Virus record (IMG/VR): IMGVR_UViG_3300038393_002131
From: a virus
Taxonomy: Duplodnaviria > Heunggongvirae > Uroviricota > Caudoviricetes
DNA: 63,714 bases
Direction: 5' to 3' (one strand)
The position numbers and the translations under genes were made by a program. The stretch's first letter is position 1; every line of letters starts with the position of its first letter. The notes below the pieces were generated by a model. It was not told where the DNA came from. It ran no database searches and saw only the letters and a program-made list of their open reading frames with translations. This document shows positions 29,901 to 35,745 of the stretch, in pieces.

Positions 29901-32900
29901 CGGAGGCGGCCTTGGCGGCGAACGCCTCACGCTTGCGGCGGGTGTCGGCCGCGCCCGAGCCGGCCAGGTCGCTCTTGCGGGCGACGAGGACCTTGGCGTT
30001 CGGGAACGCCTTGATGAACTCGCGGGTGTACTGCTCGAGCATGTGGTTGGGCACGACGTGCGCCGGCTTGTTGGCGATGCCGAGCTGGCGCAGCTTCATC
30101 GACGAGGCCTGCATGACGAGCGTCTTGCCGAAGCCCACGTCGTGCGCGAGCAGCGTCGTCGGCTGGGTGATCGCGCGGGAGACGCCGGCGTGCTGGTGCG
30201 GCCGCAGCGAGAACGCGTCGGACAGGCCGTGCACGGTGACCCGGCGGGCGCTGTAGTCGGCGTCCGCGAGGAAGTTGAACATCTCGTTGTAGCGGCCGAC
30301 GAGCCGGTCGCGGCGGTCCTCGTCGGACCACACCCACTGCCGGAACTCCTCGAGCATCTGCTTGGCCTTGGTGAGGGCCTCGCGGGTCTTGGCGTGGTCG
30401 GTGTAGGTCTTGCCGTCGACGGTGTACGTGACCTTGATCGGCGACTGCTGGATCACCGACTGGAAGATCTTGCCGGCGCCCCACAGGACCTTCGGGCGGC
30501 CTTCCTTCGTCGTGTCGGTGTCGGACAGCACCGACCACTTCTCGGCCGCGAACGAGGTCACGGGGACCTCGACGTCCCAGCCGGACCCGCCGCCGGGGTT
30601 GAGCACGAGCGCGCCGGGCGCCTCGAACTTCTCCCGGGCGAACGCCGTCAGGTCCTCCTCGCTCATCCATGCGGCACCGGGGCGCACGTCGATCTCGTGG
30701 GACTGAATGTCGGCCGGGACGCGCGCCTCGAGGAAGGTGACGTTCTTCTCGAACGACGGGTCGTGCTCAGCCAGGGCGCGCGCGACCTTGAGCTTGCCGC
30801 GGACGTCGCCGGCGCCGTACGCCGTGACGTCGACGTACGTGTCGAGCTCCGGGTCCTTGAACACGTGCCCGTCGACGGCCTTGAGCGCGGCGTCCTCGTC
30901 GGGCAGGCCCATGAGGGCGGCGATCTTGGAGAGGTTGACCTCGCCGGACTGGTCCTGCGACAGCATGACGGCGTCGACCGGGTCGTCGGTGCGGGTGATG
31001 ACCTTGGCCGGGGAGACGGTGCGGCCCTCGAAGATCGCGGCCTTCTTCGCGATGCCCGTCTCGGGGTTGTAGTCCTCGAGCGCGCCGGTGGTGATGAAGC
31101 CCATGCGGTCGGACTTCCACACGGCCGGGATGCCCGCGATGGCGCGGCGCTTGGCGTTCGGGTCGTCGGCCTTCGGCTCGGAGAACCGGACGCGGTTGAT
31201 CGGGCCGAACGTGCCGACGTAGTGGTCGTACTCGTCGTTGAGCTGCTTGCGGAGCTCGGCCATGAGCGGGGTGTCCTCGTCGTGGGACACCTCCTCCTCC
31301 ATGAGCGCGGTGCGCAGGTCGCGCAGGCGCATCAGGCCGAGGACCTCCTCGGTGCGGGACTTCGGCACCGTCAGCTCGACCGGCTTGCCGTTCTCGAGGA
31401 TGGTGAAGCCCTCGCCGTTGGGCGACAGGTCGATGTAGCCCTCGTCCTTGCCGTCGATGCTCTTGCGGCGGCGGATCGCGTCGTCGACGGTCGTTGGCAG
31501 GCCCTCGCGGGGCGTCATGCCGAGGCGCTGCTTGTGGGCGTCGGCGGCGATGTTGCGCAGGGCGTTCCGCAGCTGGCCGGGCAGCGCGTCGAGGTCCTTG
31601 TTGACGACGGTCAGCGCGTCGTCGGCGCCGTACATCGACTTGCCGACCTCGATGTCACCGAGGACGTTCTCGGGGTGGCGGGCGAAGTACTCGTTGACCG
31701 TCCAGTCCTTGCCGGACTTGGTCTTGATCTTCTTGCGGCCGACGAACTTCTCGCCGCGGGGACGCTCACCGTCGAGGCGGCGACGGAACATCAGAATGTC
31801 CGTGACGACGTCGGTGCCGGCCGAGGCCTTGTGGGCGCCGCCGGGCAGGCGGACCGCGCCGAGGAAGTCACCGAGCGACGCCATCTCGTCGCGGCCCTTC
31901 TTCGACGTCTTGTCCATCGAGCCGGACGAGGTCATCACCATGACGAGGCCGCCCGGGCGGACCGCGCGCATCGCCTTCGTGATGAAGTGGTCGTGCATGT
32001 TGAGCCCGGCCTTGTTGCCGCCGGTCGGGTCGTGCAGGACGGCCTCGTGGAACGGCACGTTGCCGATGACGGCGTCCAGGCTGTTCGGCTTGAGGTCGAC
32101 GTTCTGGAACCCGGCCGCCTCGATGTGGGCGTTCGGGTGGAGGAACTGCGACATGGCGGCGGTCGTCGGGTCGAGCTCGACACCGACCATCCGGGCACCC
32201 TTGGGCGCCATGCCGATGAAGTTGCCGATGCCGGAGCCCGGCTCGAGCACCGTGCCGTCCTCGAACCCGAGGTCCTGCATCGCCTCCCACATCGACTGCG
32301 TCATGTGGGCGGCCGTGTAGTGGGCGTTCAGCGTCGTGCGCGACGCGGCCGCGGCCTCCTTCTGGTCAGGCAGCAGCTCGGCGAGCTCGGCGCGCTCCTT
32401 GGCGAACTCCGGCTTGTCCTCGTCGAACATCTCCGGCAGCGCACCCCACGAACCCCACTTCGCGAGGACCTTGCGCTCGTCCTCGGTCGCGGGCCGGTTC
32501 TCGGCCTGCAGGGTGCGCAGCACGCGCAGCGCGTCGAGGTTGGCGCGGGCACGGGCCTTCTTCCCGCTGGGGGAGAGGTCCTCCTGGCTCGTGGCCTGCC
32601 ACGGGCCAGGGACGTCCGCGCCGGCGTCCTTGAACGACGGCGCGGCACCGTTGGGAGCCTCGGGGGTGGGCTCCGCAGCGGCCGCTACGGCGTCGGCGTC
32701 TCCGCGGGCGGCGTCGTCGGCTCGTCCACCGGCAGCTCGTTCTCCCGGGCGTCCGGCTCCGCTGGCAGGAACACCTCCTGCTCGAGCACCTCGGCCTCCG
32801 CCGTCCTGAACGCCCACAGCATCAGGTCGCGGCGCTCCTGCTCGGTCGTCGGCTGCGGCTTCTCCGCGGCCGCCAGCTGCTCCGCGCGGCGCTGCACCAG

Positions 32901-35646
32901 CGTCTCCACCCTCGCTCCGAGCTCCTTGAAGAACGTCTCCGGGTCGGCCAGCTGGGCGGTCGCCTCGGGACGGAACGTCGTCCAGTGCTTCCGGGCGGTC
33001 TGCGCGTACGTCTGCGCTGTCACGGGTCTCTCCTGCGGTGTCGGGGGTGCTCGGGGCGCTGGCCGGGCTCTCCTTGAGCGTACCGGCGGCGGGGGTCTTG
33101 TCGCTCTCGCCGCGCGGCGCCGGGGCGCTGGGGGCGTCGGCCTTCGGCTTCTCGATGAGGTACTGCGGGTCGATGTCGAACTCGGCGCCGTTGTCGGTGT
33201 TGCGGACGGCGACCTTGCCGTTGCGGCGCGTGTCGACGACCTCCCACTCGCCCTCCGCGCCGCCACCGGGGCGGTTGGGGTCGACGGTGAAGGTCTTGCC
33301 CTTGCTGGCGGCCATGAAGGCGCGCTGCGGGGCCTGGTTGGGGTCGAGGCCGTCGGCTGCGGGCGTGGCCTCCATCGACTGCTTCTCGGTGAGTCGACGG
33401 TTCTCGCGGTTGACGAAGTCGACCGGGTCCTCACCCTTGCGGGCGGCCTGCAGCACGTCCCATTCGTCGACGTCCTTGGGCTCCCAGCCGGCGTCGTCGA
33501 GGGCCTTGTCGACCTTCGCGCGGTAGTCGCGGTACTCGGGGCTGTCGGTGGGCTCGGCCCAGCCGTTCTCCTCGCGCGGGTCGGCGAACGGGTCGCGGGC
33601 CGAGGAGGGGGTGTCGGCCTTCGGCGCGGCCGCGGTCGAGCGGTCGGGCGTGCCAGCGTTGACGTCGGCGGCCTTCGGGTCGGAGCCCTTGGGCTGCTCG
33701 TCGCCACCCTTGGCGGCGGCCTCGACCTCGCGGGCGGCCTTGCGCTTGGCGAGCCGGTTGCTGTCGGAGGCGGCGTCGTAGCGGGCAACCGCGTCACGGA
33801 CCTCGGGACGCTCGTCGCCGCGGTGCTTGTCGACGGTGGCGTTGTTGCGGGTGAGCTCGTCGGCGCTGCTCTGCTCGGCGGCGGCCGCGGACGCGTCCTT
33901 CTCCTTGCGGAACTCGATCGGGCGACTGTCGCGCTCGGGGGCGTCGCCCGGCTTCGCGGCCTCGGCGGGCTGCGCCGGGCGCTTCGTGTCGGCGGGCTTC
34001 GCCGCGGCCGCGGGACGGGCGGGCTCGGCCGGCTTCGCGGCGGGGGAGTCGGCCTTGCGGGCCTCGTCGAGCTTCTCCGTGAGGTCGTCGACCTTGGCGG
34101 TGAGCTCGTCGATCTTCTCCTCGACGGGCTTGGGGGCCTCCGGGGTGTCGACCTTCGCGGCGGCCTGCTGCGGCTCGTCGGCGACGGCGGCGATGTCCTT
34201 GCGGGCGTCGTCGCGGGCGGCCTTGGACTTGGCCTTGAGGTCGGCGGCGGACGCCGAGGAGGCGAGGCGCTCGAGGTGCGAGCCGATGACCTCGTTGTGC
34301 GCGACGCGGGCCTTGTCGGGGTTGCGCTTGTCGGCAGCGCGGACCTTCGCCACGCGGTTCTTGATGATCTCGGCGGCCTTGGCGCGGTCGCCGCCGACGG
34401 CGTCAAGGGTCTGCTTCCACAGCGCCTCAGCGGTGGCCTCGGCGTGGCGGGTCGAGCCGCCCGCGTTGGACTTGCCGGCGCGGGCCGCCTTGCGGTCGGC
34501 GTCGATCTTCTTCGCCTGGGCGACGAACTCCTCACGGGAGCGGGCCCGGATCTCCTTGCCGTGGGCCTGGCCGATCCAGCCCTTGCCGCCGGCGGTGTCC
34601 AGCGACGACGTCGTCGAGGCGACGAGGCGCCCGTCGGCGTCGTAGAGCTCCTGCTGCGGCAGGGCGTCCTTGTCGGCCTCGTCCTTCACCGTGGCGGTCG
34701 TCCAGCCGTCGCCGGCGTCAGCGTGGCCCTTGGGGAGCTTGCCCTTCTTGGCACCCTTGACGGGGCTCGGGTCGTAGGCGGCGTCGAGCTCCTTGGCCTT
34801 GGCGATCGCGGTCGGCTTGTCGACGAGGGTCTTGGAGCCGTTGTGGCCGGCGACGGGCATGCCGTCGTCGGCGCGGAACACCTGCCACTTGCCGTCGACG
34901 CGGGCGACGATGTGCTCGCCCTCGGGGGACAGCTGCGCGGACTCGAGCTTGTCGGCGAGGGCGGCCCGGTCCGGGTTCACCGGGGCGTCGGGGTCCTCGG
35001 GCTTGCGGTCCTCGGCCTTCCAGTGGGCCTTGACCTCGTCGATGGACTCGAACTGGTCGCGGACGATGGTGGGCTGCTTGCGGCCGCGCTGGTCGGGCGC
35101 GTCGGCCTCGACGTCGTCCTTGCCGTCGTCCGCGAAGTCGGGCTCGGGCCCGTCCTTGAACCCGTTGGGGGTGGTGTCGAAGTCGGGCTCGTCGTGGTCG
35201 TCGTCGGCGTTCAGGCCGTCGCCGCGGCCCGGGTGCTCGTCGCGCAGCCGGTCCTCGGCCATGACCAGCGCGCGCGCCTTGCGGGTGCCGTCGTCCTTGA
35301 TGGGGCGGCCACCGTTGGGGCGCTTGACCATCGTGAGCCGTGCGGCGGGCTGCACGTTGCGCGTGCCGTCGGCCATGCGCAGCTCGACCCGACCGTTGCC
35401 GAGGGAGCGGACGACGCGGCCGCGGCCGCCGCCCCACACCTGGGCGATGCCGCCCGTCTCGATGAACCGTCCGCGCGAGTCACGCGGGTGCAGCGCGGAG
35501 TTCCACCGGCGCCCTCGCGTGTCGATGATGATGCCGTGGCCGCCGACGTGGGCGGAACGTCGAGCGGAGCGCATGAGGGACTTGCCCTCGAACGCCTCCT
35601 TGAACGCGGCATGCAGTGCGGACAGGGTCGAGTAAGGCTTCGGCAT
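17905..35646 (-). CDS. Giant (5913 aa) DarB-like protein: N6-MTase + SNF2 helicase + UvrD-like SF1 helicase + SH3-like repeats
   Basis: Single open frame with GC3 bias. MTase EPGSGIGNF and GNVPF; SNF2 AHDVGFGKT, VDEAH, GMGTNVQ, QRDGRALRQGN; SF1 AKAGAGKT, VDEAQD, SWRYG, STAHKAKGLEW. N-term WNSALHPRDSRGRF. Confidence 0.85.
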   Translation of the reverse strand: MPKPYSTLSALHAAFKEAFEGKSLMRSARRSAHVGGHGIIIDTRGRRWNSALHPRDSRGRFIETGGIAQVWGGGRGRVVRSLGNGRVELRMADGTRNVQPAARLTMVKRPNGGRPIKDDGTRKARALVMAEDRLRDEHPGRGDGLNADDDHDEPDFDTTPNGFKDGPEPDFADDGKDDVEADAPDQRGRKQPTIVRDQFESIDEVKAHWKAEDRKPEDPDAPVNPDRAALADKLESAQLSPEGEHIVARVDGKWQVFRADDGMPVAGHNGSKTLVDKPTAIAKAKELDAAYDPSPVKGAKKGKLPKGHADAGDGWTTATVKDEADKDALPQQELYDADGRLVASTTSSLDTAGGKGWIGQAHGKEIRARSREEFVAQAKKIDADRKAARAGKSNAGGSTRHAEATAEALWKQTLDAVGGDRAKAAEIIKNRVAKVRAADKRNPDKARVAHNEVIGSHLERLASSASAADLKAKSKAARDDARKDIAAVADEPQQAAAKVDTPEAPKPVEEKIDELTAKVDDLTEKLDEARKADSPAAKPAEPARPAAAAKPADTKRPAQPAEAAKPGDAPERDSRPIEFRKEKDASAAAAEQSSADELTRNNATVDKHRGDERPEVRDAVARYDAASDSNRLAKRKAAREVEAAAKGGDEQPKGSDPKAADVNAGTPDRSTAAAPKADTPSSARDPFADPREENGWAEPTDSPEYRDYRAKVDKALDDAGWEPKDVDEWDVLQAARKGEDPVDFVNRENRRLTEKQSMEATPAADGLDPNQAPQRAFMAASKGKTFTVDPNRPGGGAEGEWEVVDTRRNGKVAVRNTDNGAEFDIDPQYLIEKPKADAPSAPAPRGESDKTPAAGTLKESPASAPSTPDTAGETRDSADVRADRPEALDDVPSRGDRPAGRPGDVLQGARSEGGDAGAAPRGAAGGRGEAAADDRAGAPRPDAVGVQDGGGRGARAGGVPASGAGRPGERAAGGRADDAARGDADAVAAAAEPTPEAPNGAAPSFKDAGADVPGPWQATSQEDLSPSGKKARARANLDALRVLRTLQAENRPATEDERKVLAKWGSWGALPEMFDEDKPEFAKERAELAELLPDQKEAAAASRTTLNAHYTAAHMTQSMWEAMQDLGFEDGTVLEPGSGIGNFIGMAPKGARMVGVELDPTTAAMSQFLHPNAHIEAAGFQNVDLKPNSLDAVIGNVPFHEAVLHDPTGGNKAGLNMHDHFITKAMRAVRPGGLVMVMTSSGSMDKTSKKGRDEMASLGDFLGAVRLPGGAHKASAGTDVVTDILMFRRRLDGERPRGEKFVGRKKIKTKSGKDWTVNEYFARHPENVLGDIEVGKSMYGADDALTVVNKDLDALPGQLRNALRNIAADAHKQRLGMTPREGLPTTVDDAIRRRKSIDGKDEGYIDLSPNGEGFTILENGKPVELTVPKSRTEEVLGLMRLRDLRTALMEEEVSHDEDTPLMAELRKQLNDEYDHYVGTFGPINRVRFSEPKADDPNAKRRAIAGIPAVWKSDRMGFITTGALEDYNPETGIAKKAAIFEGRTVSPAKVITRTDDPVDAVMLSQDQSGEVNLSKIAALMGLPDEDAALKAVDGHVFKDPELDTYVDVTAYGAGDVRGKLKVARALAEHDPSFEKNVTFLEARVPADIQSHEIDVRPGAAWMSEEDLTAFAREKFEAPGALVLNPGGGSGWDVEVPVTSFAAEKWSVLSDTDTTKEGRPKVLWGAGKIFQSVIQQSPIKVTYTVDGKTYTDHAKTREALTKAKQMLEEFRQWVWSDEDRRDRLVGRYNEMFNFLADADYSARRVTVHGLSDAFSLRPHQHAGVSRAITQPTTLLAHDVGFGKTLVMQASSMKLRQLGIANKPAHVVPNHMLEQYTREFIKAFPNAKVLVARKSDLAGSGAADTRRKREAFAAKAASGDWDAVVFTHSAFELMPVGPDQMERYLEKELAEKRAELEARKALHGEDGRGVKRLESSLLNMEQKYRDKIETAREKGGVTFEQTGIDYLFVDEAHLFKNLMTPSRIPGANITGANRAQDIHMKLDFLREKKGVTRPVGTFATATPLSNSMTEAYTMTRFMRPDLLEKTGTNSFDRWAATFGEVVATPEVDITGANFKAKARFAKFSNLPEMLGMFREFADVKMDADLPIPELRGGKPKTIMVKRSDAQADYIADLAERAKAVEGGGVDPKDDNLLKISGDGRKAALDMRLVGGPEGEVSPKLQAAANQITSTYQRNRGNLYKRADSDDLHEQAGALQLVFMDLGTPKDPTSPKVNKLAERLAPIHDAVEAGTMDRTAARAEANRLMGNMKASDIEQIADNLEVDTSEWDEDTAKAEMVADVLDALFPEEGGGRRLEVVPFDATPKWSPYQQLKDDLIAKGVPADQIRFIHEAKDDVQKAQLFQDAREGRIAVLVGSTSKMGMGTNVQDRVVALHHLDVPWRPADLQQRDGRALRQGNQNAAVDIFQYVTEGTFDSYMWQGVARKQKFINAAMKGDRNVRQMEDVSSDELQASEIVALAAGNPWLMRKATADARLLDLTADLKTHNTNRAEASAAVARLQHKADVLKPYLPKLQKAAEQWQDTTGDKFKMTVRGKVFDKNTEKARQAADAEIKRVLAEQYANLPNRNQSTEWADFGELGGMKLRSRYVHSDVMEGSSRNWFEVAFEGLEGRATPIELRDLDPKSKDAQLAMPVASLERQGRGFEDSYQRAKTDVEKAERGAEQAREAAGKEFGKTDDLRKAKELAEVVDRVIAGQSQGLDEDELKALEQEYHDIVGAAKDDAASALDIVDPEMPLPADMLPPIEQIAKAAEFYQRKTKGRAWHARADEQIDNALADLPDSSDERLIDSVTDTIATLEPDADRKEIRERVAARVKKARGRTSSSGSSSTPRERGEQAPKPTDTVKVDPETAEIVEDAPEAAPARPEAPSAPEAPSAAAEAPSARPAEPKADEPTLVVDPATAEVVDEKPAAPAAPEAPAAEERPLVDAGAYDSDAMAGQTMLGGDDLVPGGEDFMLTQEAPTPKAPTAPAAPVREADDLFDTTGDAPLVDKTPTTTRPAMSIKPGDKVKGGDGQLHTVTEVDPRRSDVLITSVDADGKSSTDSYSPDEHLDVAVPDAPAASTPDAPSRPTPARPYHPDNQPADMETVLTPVTEVQEGDILPGKGKVVGKGTTSRGQVFLVLDNGEGTIGPRSFNPDATVDVWKPKAGNAPEAPKAPDARGPYHPDARPEHMESVPTAANRVQLGDVLPGNGKVTDKGMTTNGRVQLTFDDGKGGTRTQTFNPNTTVRVWKDKIAPVAAGDGGRDGGDRTPDAPATPDEPELPGPAGMVTTEERPYNTPIHDIAADFDMSTLSDEELAELRDHRFADNGFWTGRAYKRINDEITRREQASTPEAPTSDDLPDPTDERVPDPVEVPTPAAAPAAEAAAKAKSPEAQRVRGAIAGEKHAPTEQQGDIYEAAAVDGKNVIVEAKAGAGKTSTLEGLARRIAELHPDAKILYAAFNKSVQLEAEGRMPSNVETRTGHSLAWNFVGRKITDKFGKSGQLSNAKDVARHLGITDDLGELTPEQQAKAIQKAIGQYVLSADDNIMGKHFPQSVRSQLNGAQEARLVAQARRAWEDIKDPKGRLRVSQDDFRKMWALARPDLSKAGSGNRRAASILFVDEAQDTPPVLAKVFADQKMQKVIVGDSDQAIYGFAGATDYLSKAEGDVRLPLDKSWRYGPAIADAGNRFLQLLGSKERAVGGGKEGKIVEGMKDADGVLVRTNGGLLAAIEEELGRGRTVGVPKGTKTELESLIESAGYLRGERSKPWKGMHPDLEPYNSWAEVMQEAAKGDDPKISMIARLVDRYGIDGMEDLVSQVTEPADDALAGVQIERDDHRMSIGGNTWALNEAVKKATGGEGLSSLGFRFRKNESGKGGTWEVAGDRDAQERPLARLRELLGGTAEKPDVTISTAHKAKGLEWDRVRIGGDFPQPKIDEDDGSVTFPDPEELRLDYVAVTRAAKELDPGSLAWVFEHTDENGGTAGSKPKAAAPEAPKAPETVKVDPKTAEIVDEPSAPSAPEAPAAPEAPAADVTPEAPQVAKGITDAGQIVDAGEGWKARIADDGMSATLIDPDGNEVGEPIQAYDANEWSKDDSVRRYWFGVGHRGGYTLKDALAEHRDSELNRRAVADAPAHQGEVVKQSMPKGTPDLTTTQGVPKFTRDPEMGTVLSDGTIGFAIGKGQHGMQRYYTLQPDGTWDSRGASGVDRASLMSDWLNARAKRDALERFPLGEDLPEHQWIERAGARAYRDGDATLVMWPHRLIGTTAKEDSFKSESSGDWWNGTILNRLAEPGMEPTDINTYSLRGWEPGGAWPQSHRSGIEAARYVEKMGPQMRAEAEAWNKYGDKLSRLNYRGGLADDRKHSSELEAELATLEDASRILADAPDTTLAQRVEERLRTVRGELSERDGSHLTEISDEELAQRIAAETKRDNEQHGGRGNWIGLRDAEAERERRDYGGTYGPRQTGEEIPTQEPVTTPEQAAAVAPEPEDVPEVTVDDVAPAAPAGPDFTAMSNDEIMAAAMDPANMEDPDVYRALEAEMDRREAAGLFDEQQEAEVGDILDAAAEPDTTSDGWGTGRPTRDPLPQADADVLDQLRRDNEAILNRFFDPKNTSGKMSGVDAISGLPPKMQKRLMEGNGVPANTIAKYVPEEATLAIWGMTPDEMRKHGMKHYSIPGAIKRGDKLAESTPLAAEHDPKGLRHHSTDDLHDDELTELEGLVGRHTNDEAWLEALNAEMGRRAHLSDEDRKREDADRRKRRDESATGEQDGESEKDRADDENRNDRDERDDRDRVEDMTDRELDDAAERDDEEGDKARGEKHRRDQLSEDERKKEDDDREERRRRRRNRRNRRRRNRGGHNRPHLGLPHLHMPDMPGQGQGSSDDGRKGRPAGAPDAPNADVPNGHLPAGGVDTRKPEPTIADKADVEKALEQADEARPVDAEHLTPASGKDGADMTPEEIDAENAAIDKAFGDPIPGAVAESVNVDDARPEHIALAVWDRAQGYAAKGRAAGAPVEVTPAEDGKVGISVRDPFSAGGLYVNVVPGAREGKPRVSAVEYGPTGTARKVPVREIPQKMRGYGESWERKRALDAARDEQGGVAEAPAAGGAPATATPDAPAGVPAPGNVSDGPAPTGGVADAPSAPTVDAPAPASTPINDVMTNRPLQVVDVPEGATRVPVAAEEVKKGDIVLHPETGEPVRVVSVTTNPNFIRFQYAGADRGFPVTGEDMPRDTILTRVDAPEAVDAPQADVTPDVTPNVSEPTPSAPSAPNTPASADSAPSTPGTTTTPEVAPAARPQAITADSFMGQDLPNGLSPEQVRALLTPGPDGNVDEVAIQTADGQLYIGTPVANPDGTFRGLELTPDLVDEFDAADVRSVDPIGMAEPVDMTPTPDPVMPTEPNAETPIPDGLSTPDVVDDGLPSGTPMPRNELVQPADEVPTPAQAPATPDAADAPEAPEVDGEPRLNGSGSLDVTPSAKPAGARVGGDRSAGDLAREAAKAKHTNADGSKKKVTKTVDGDKVDVPLEETEAAGMQAAYATPGSLQIGDYAHVDGIDGDGNPASAAGFLTNDPMPVLVRKPGEDGPGEDMMAVTVSDEMDGLGAQHTVYVPLDAMVALAPRPDMHEVPDAGWQLDKNRLDVRNNRMPNRIPADRDGEFGLFPGSLVEDNSGRRGRVVLTRGRDVTVVWDDNDRATTHSGRVLRVVDDGAARPDGWSRDGRREKRAGRGVTRPNPSKQQDATNREVRAEVDSLTEDLLKEVDALVAKVQAKNLDAAQAEKELRKMAEAILARSARRRAETARRLAAERSYRPGLIAQIVTLLGQIAMAVVRSVLSFVFGVRQGFLDGWRGEASADRRSELRNRVRAAADAGVPMRKLRDLMDLDEDLAA
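23660..25340 (-). other. Domain within giant ORF: UvrD/Rep-like SF1 helicase
   Basis: PTEQQ Q-motif, EAKAGAGKT, FVDEAQD, VIVGDSDQAIYGF, SWRYG, STAHKAKGLEWDRV, LDYVAVTRA. Boundaries approximate. Confidence 0.85.
28180..30230 (-). other. Domain within giant ORF: DarB/SNF2-type SF2 helicase
   Basis: LRPHQ, LAHDVGFGKT, YLFVDEAHLFKN, ATATPLSNS, GSTSKMGMGTNVQ, DVPWRPADLQQRDGR. Boundaries approximate. Confidence 0.9.
31660..32580 (-). other. Domain within giant ORF: N6-adenine DNA methyltransferase (DarB-type)
   Basis: ANLDALRVL, WGSWGA, TLNAHYT, VLEPGSGIGNF, VGVELDP, IGNVPF, HDHF, RLPGGAH. Boundaries approximate. Confidence 0.9.
32685..33023 (-). CDS. TnpV-like small protein nested out of frame inside the giant ORF (112 aa)
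   Basis: CAGGAGAGACCC SD before GTG33023, TAG at 32685-32687. Almost all codons are GC3 in this frame. Sequence TYAQTARKHWTTFRPEATAQLADPETFF..LG..AEAEVLEQEVFLP. Confidence 0.7.
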   Translation of the reverse strand: MTAQTYAQTARKHWTTFRPEATAQLADPETFFKELGARVETLVQRRAEQLAAAEKPQPTTEQERRDLMLWAFRTAEAEVLEQEVFLPAEPDARENELPVDEPTTPPAETPTP

Positions 35647-35683
35647 GGGCGGGACTTTCTATGGCTCGACGGCTTGTGTCGCG
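35647..35683 (-). promoter_or_regulatory. Putative late promoter, leaderless (giant gene)
   Basis: CGCGACACAAG-N13-GAAAGT-N7-ATG35646. Confidence 0.65.
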
Positions 35684-35745
35684 CCCTCGGTCGCTATCGA
35701 GGGCAGGGGGTGCAGCAGTGCGTGAGACGCGGGCCTACAACCTGC

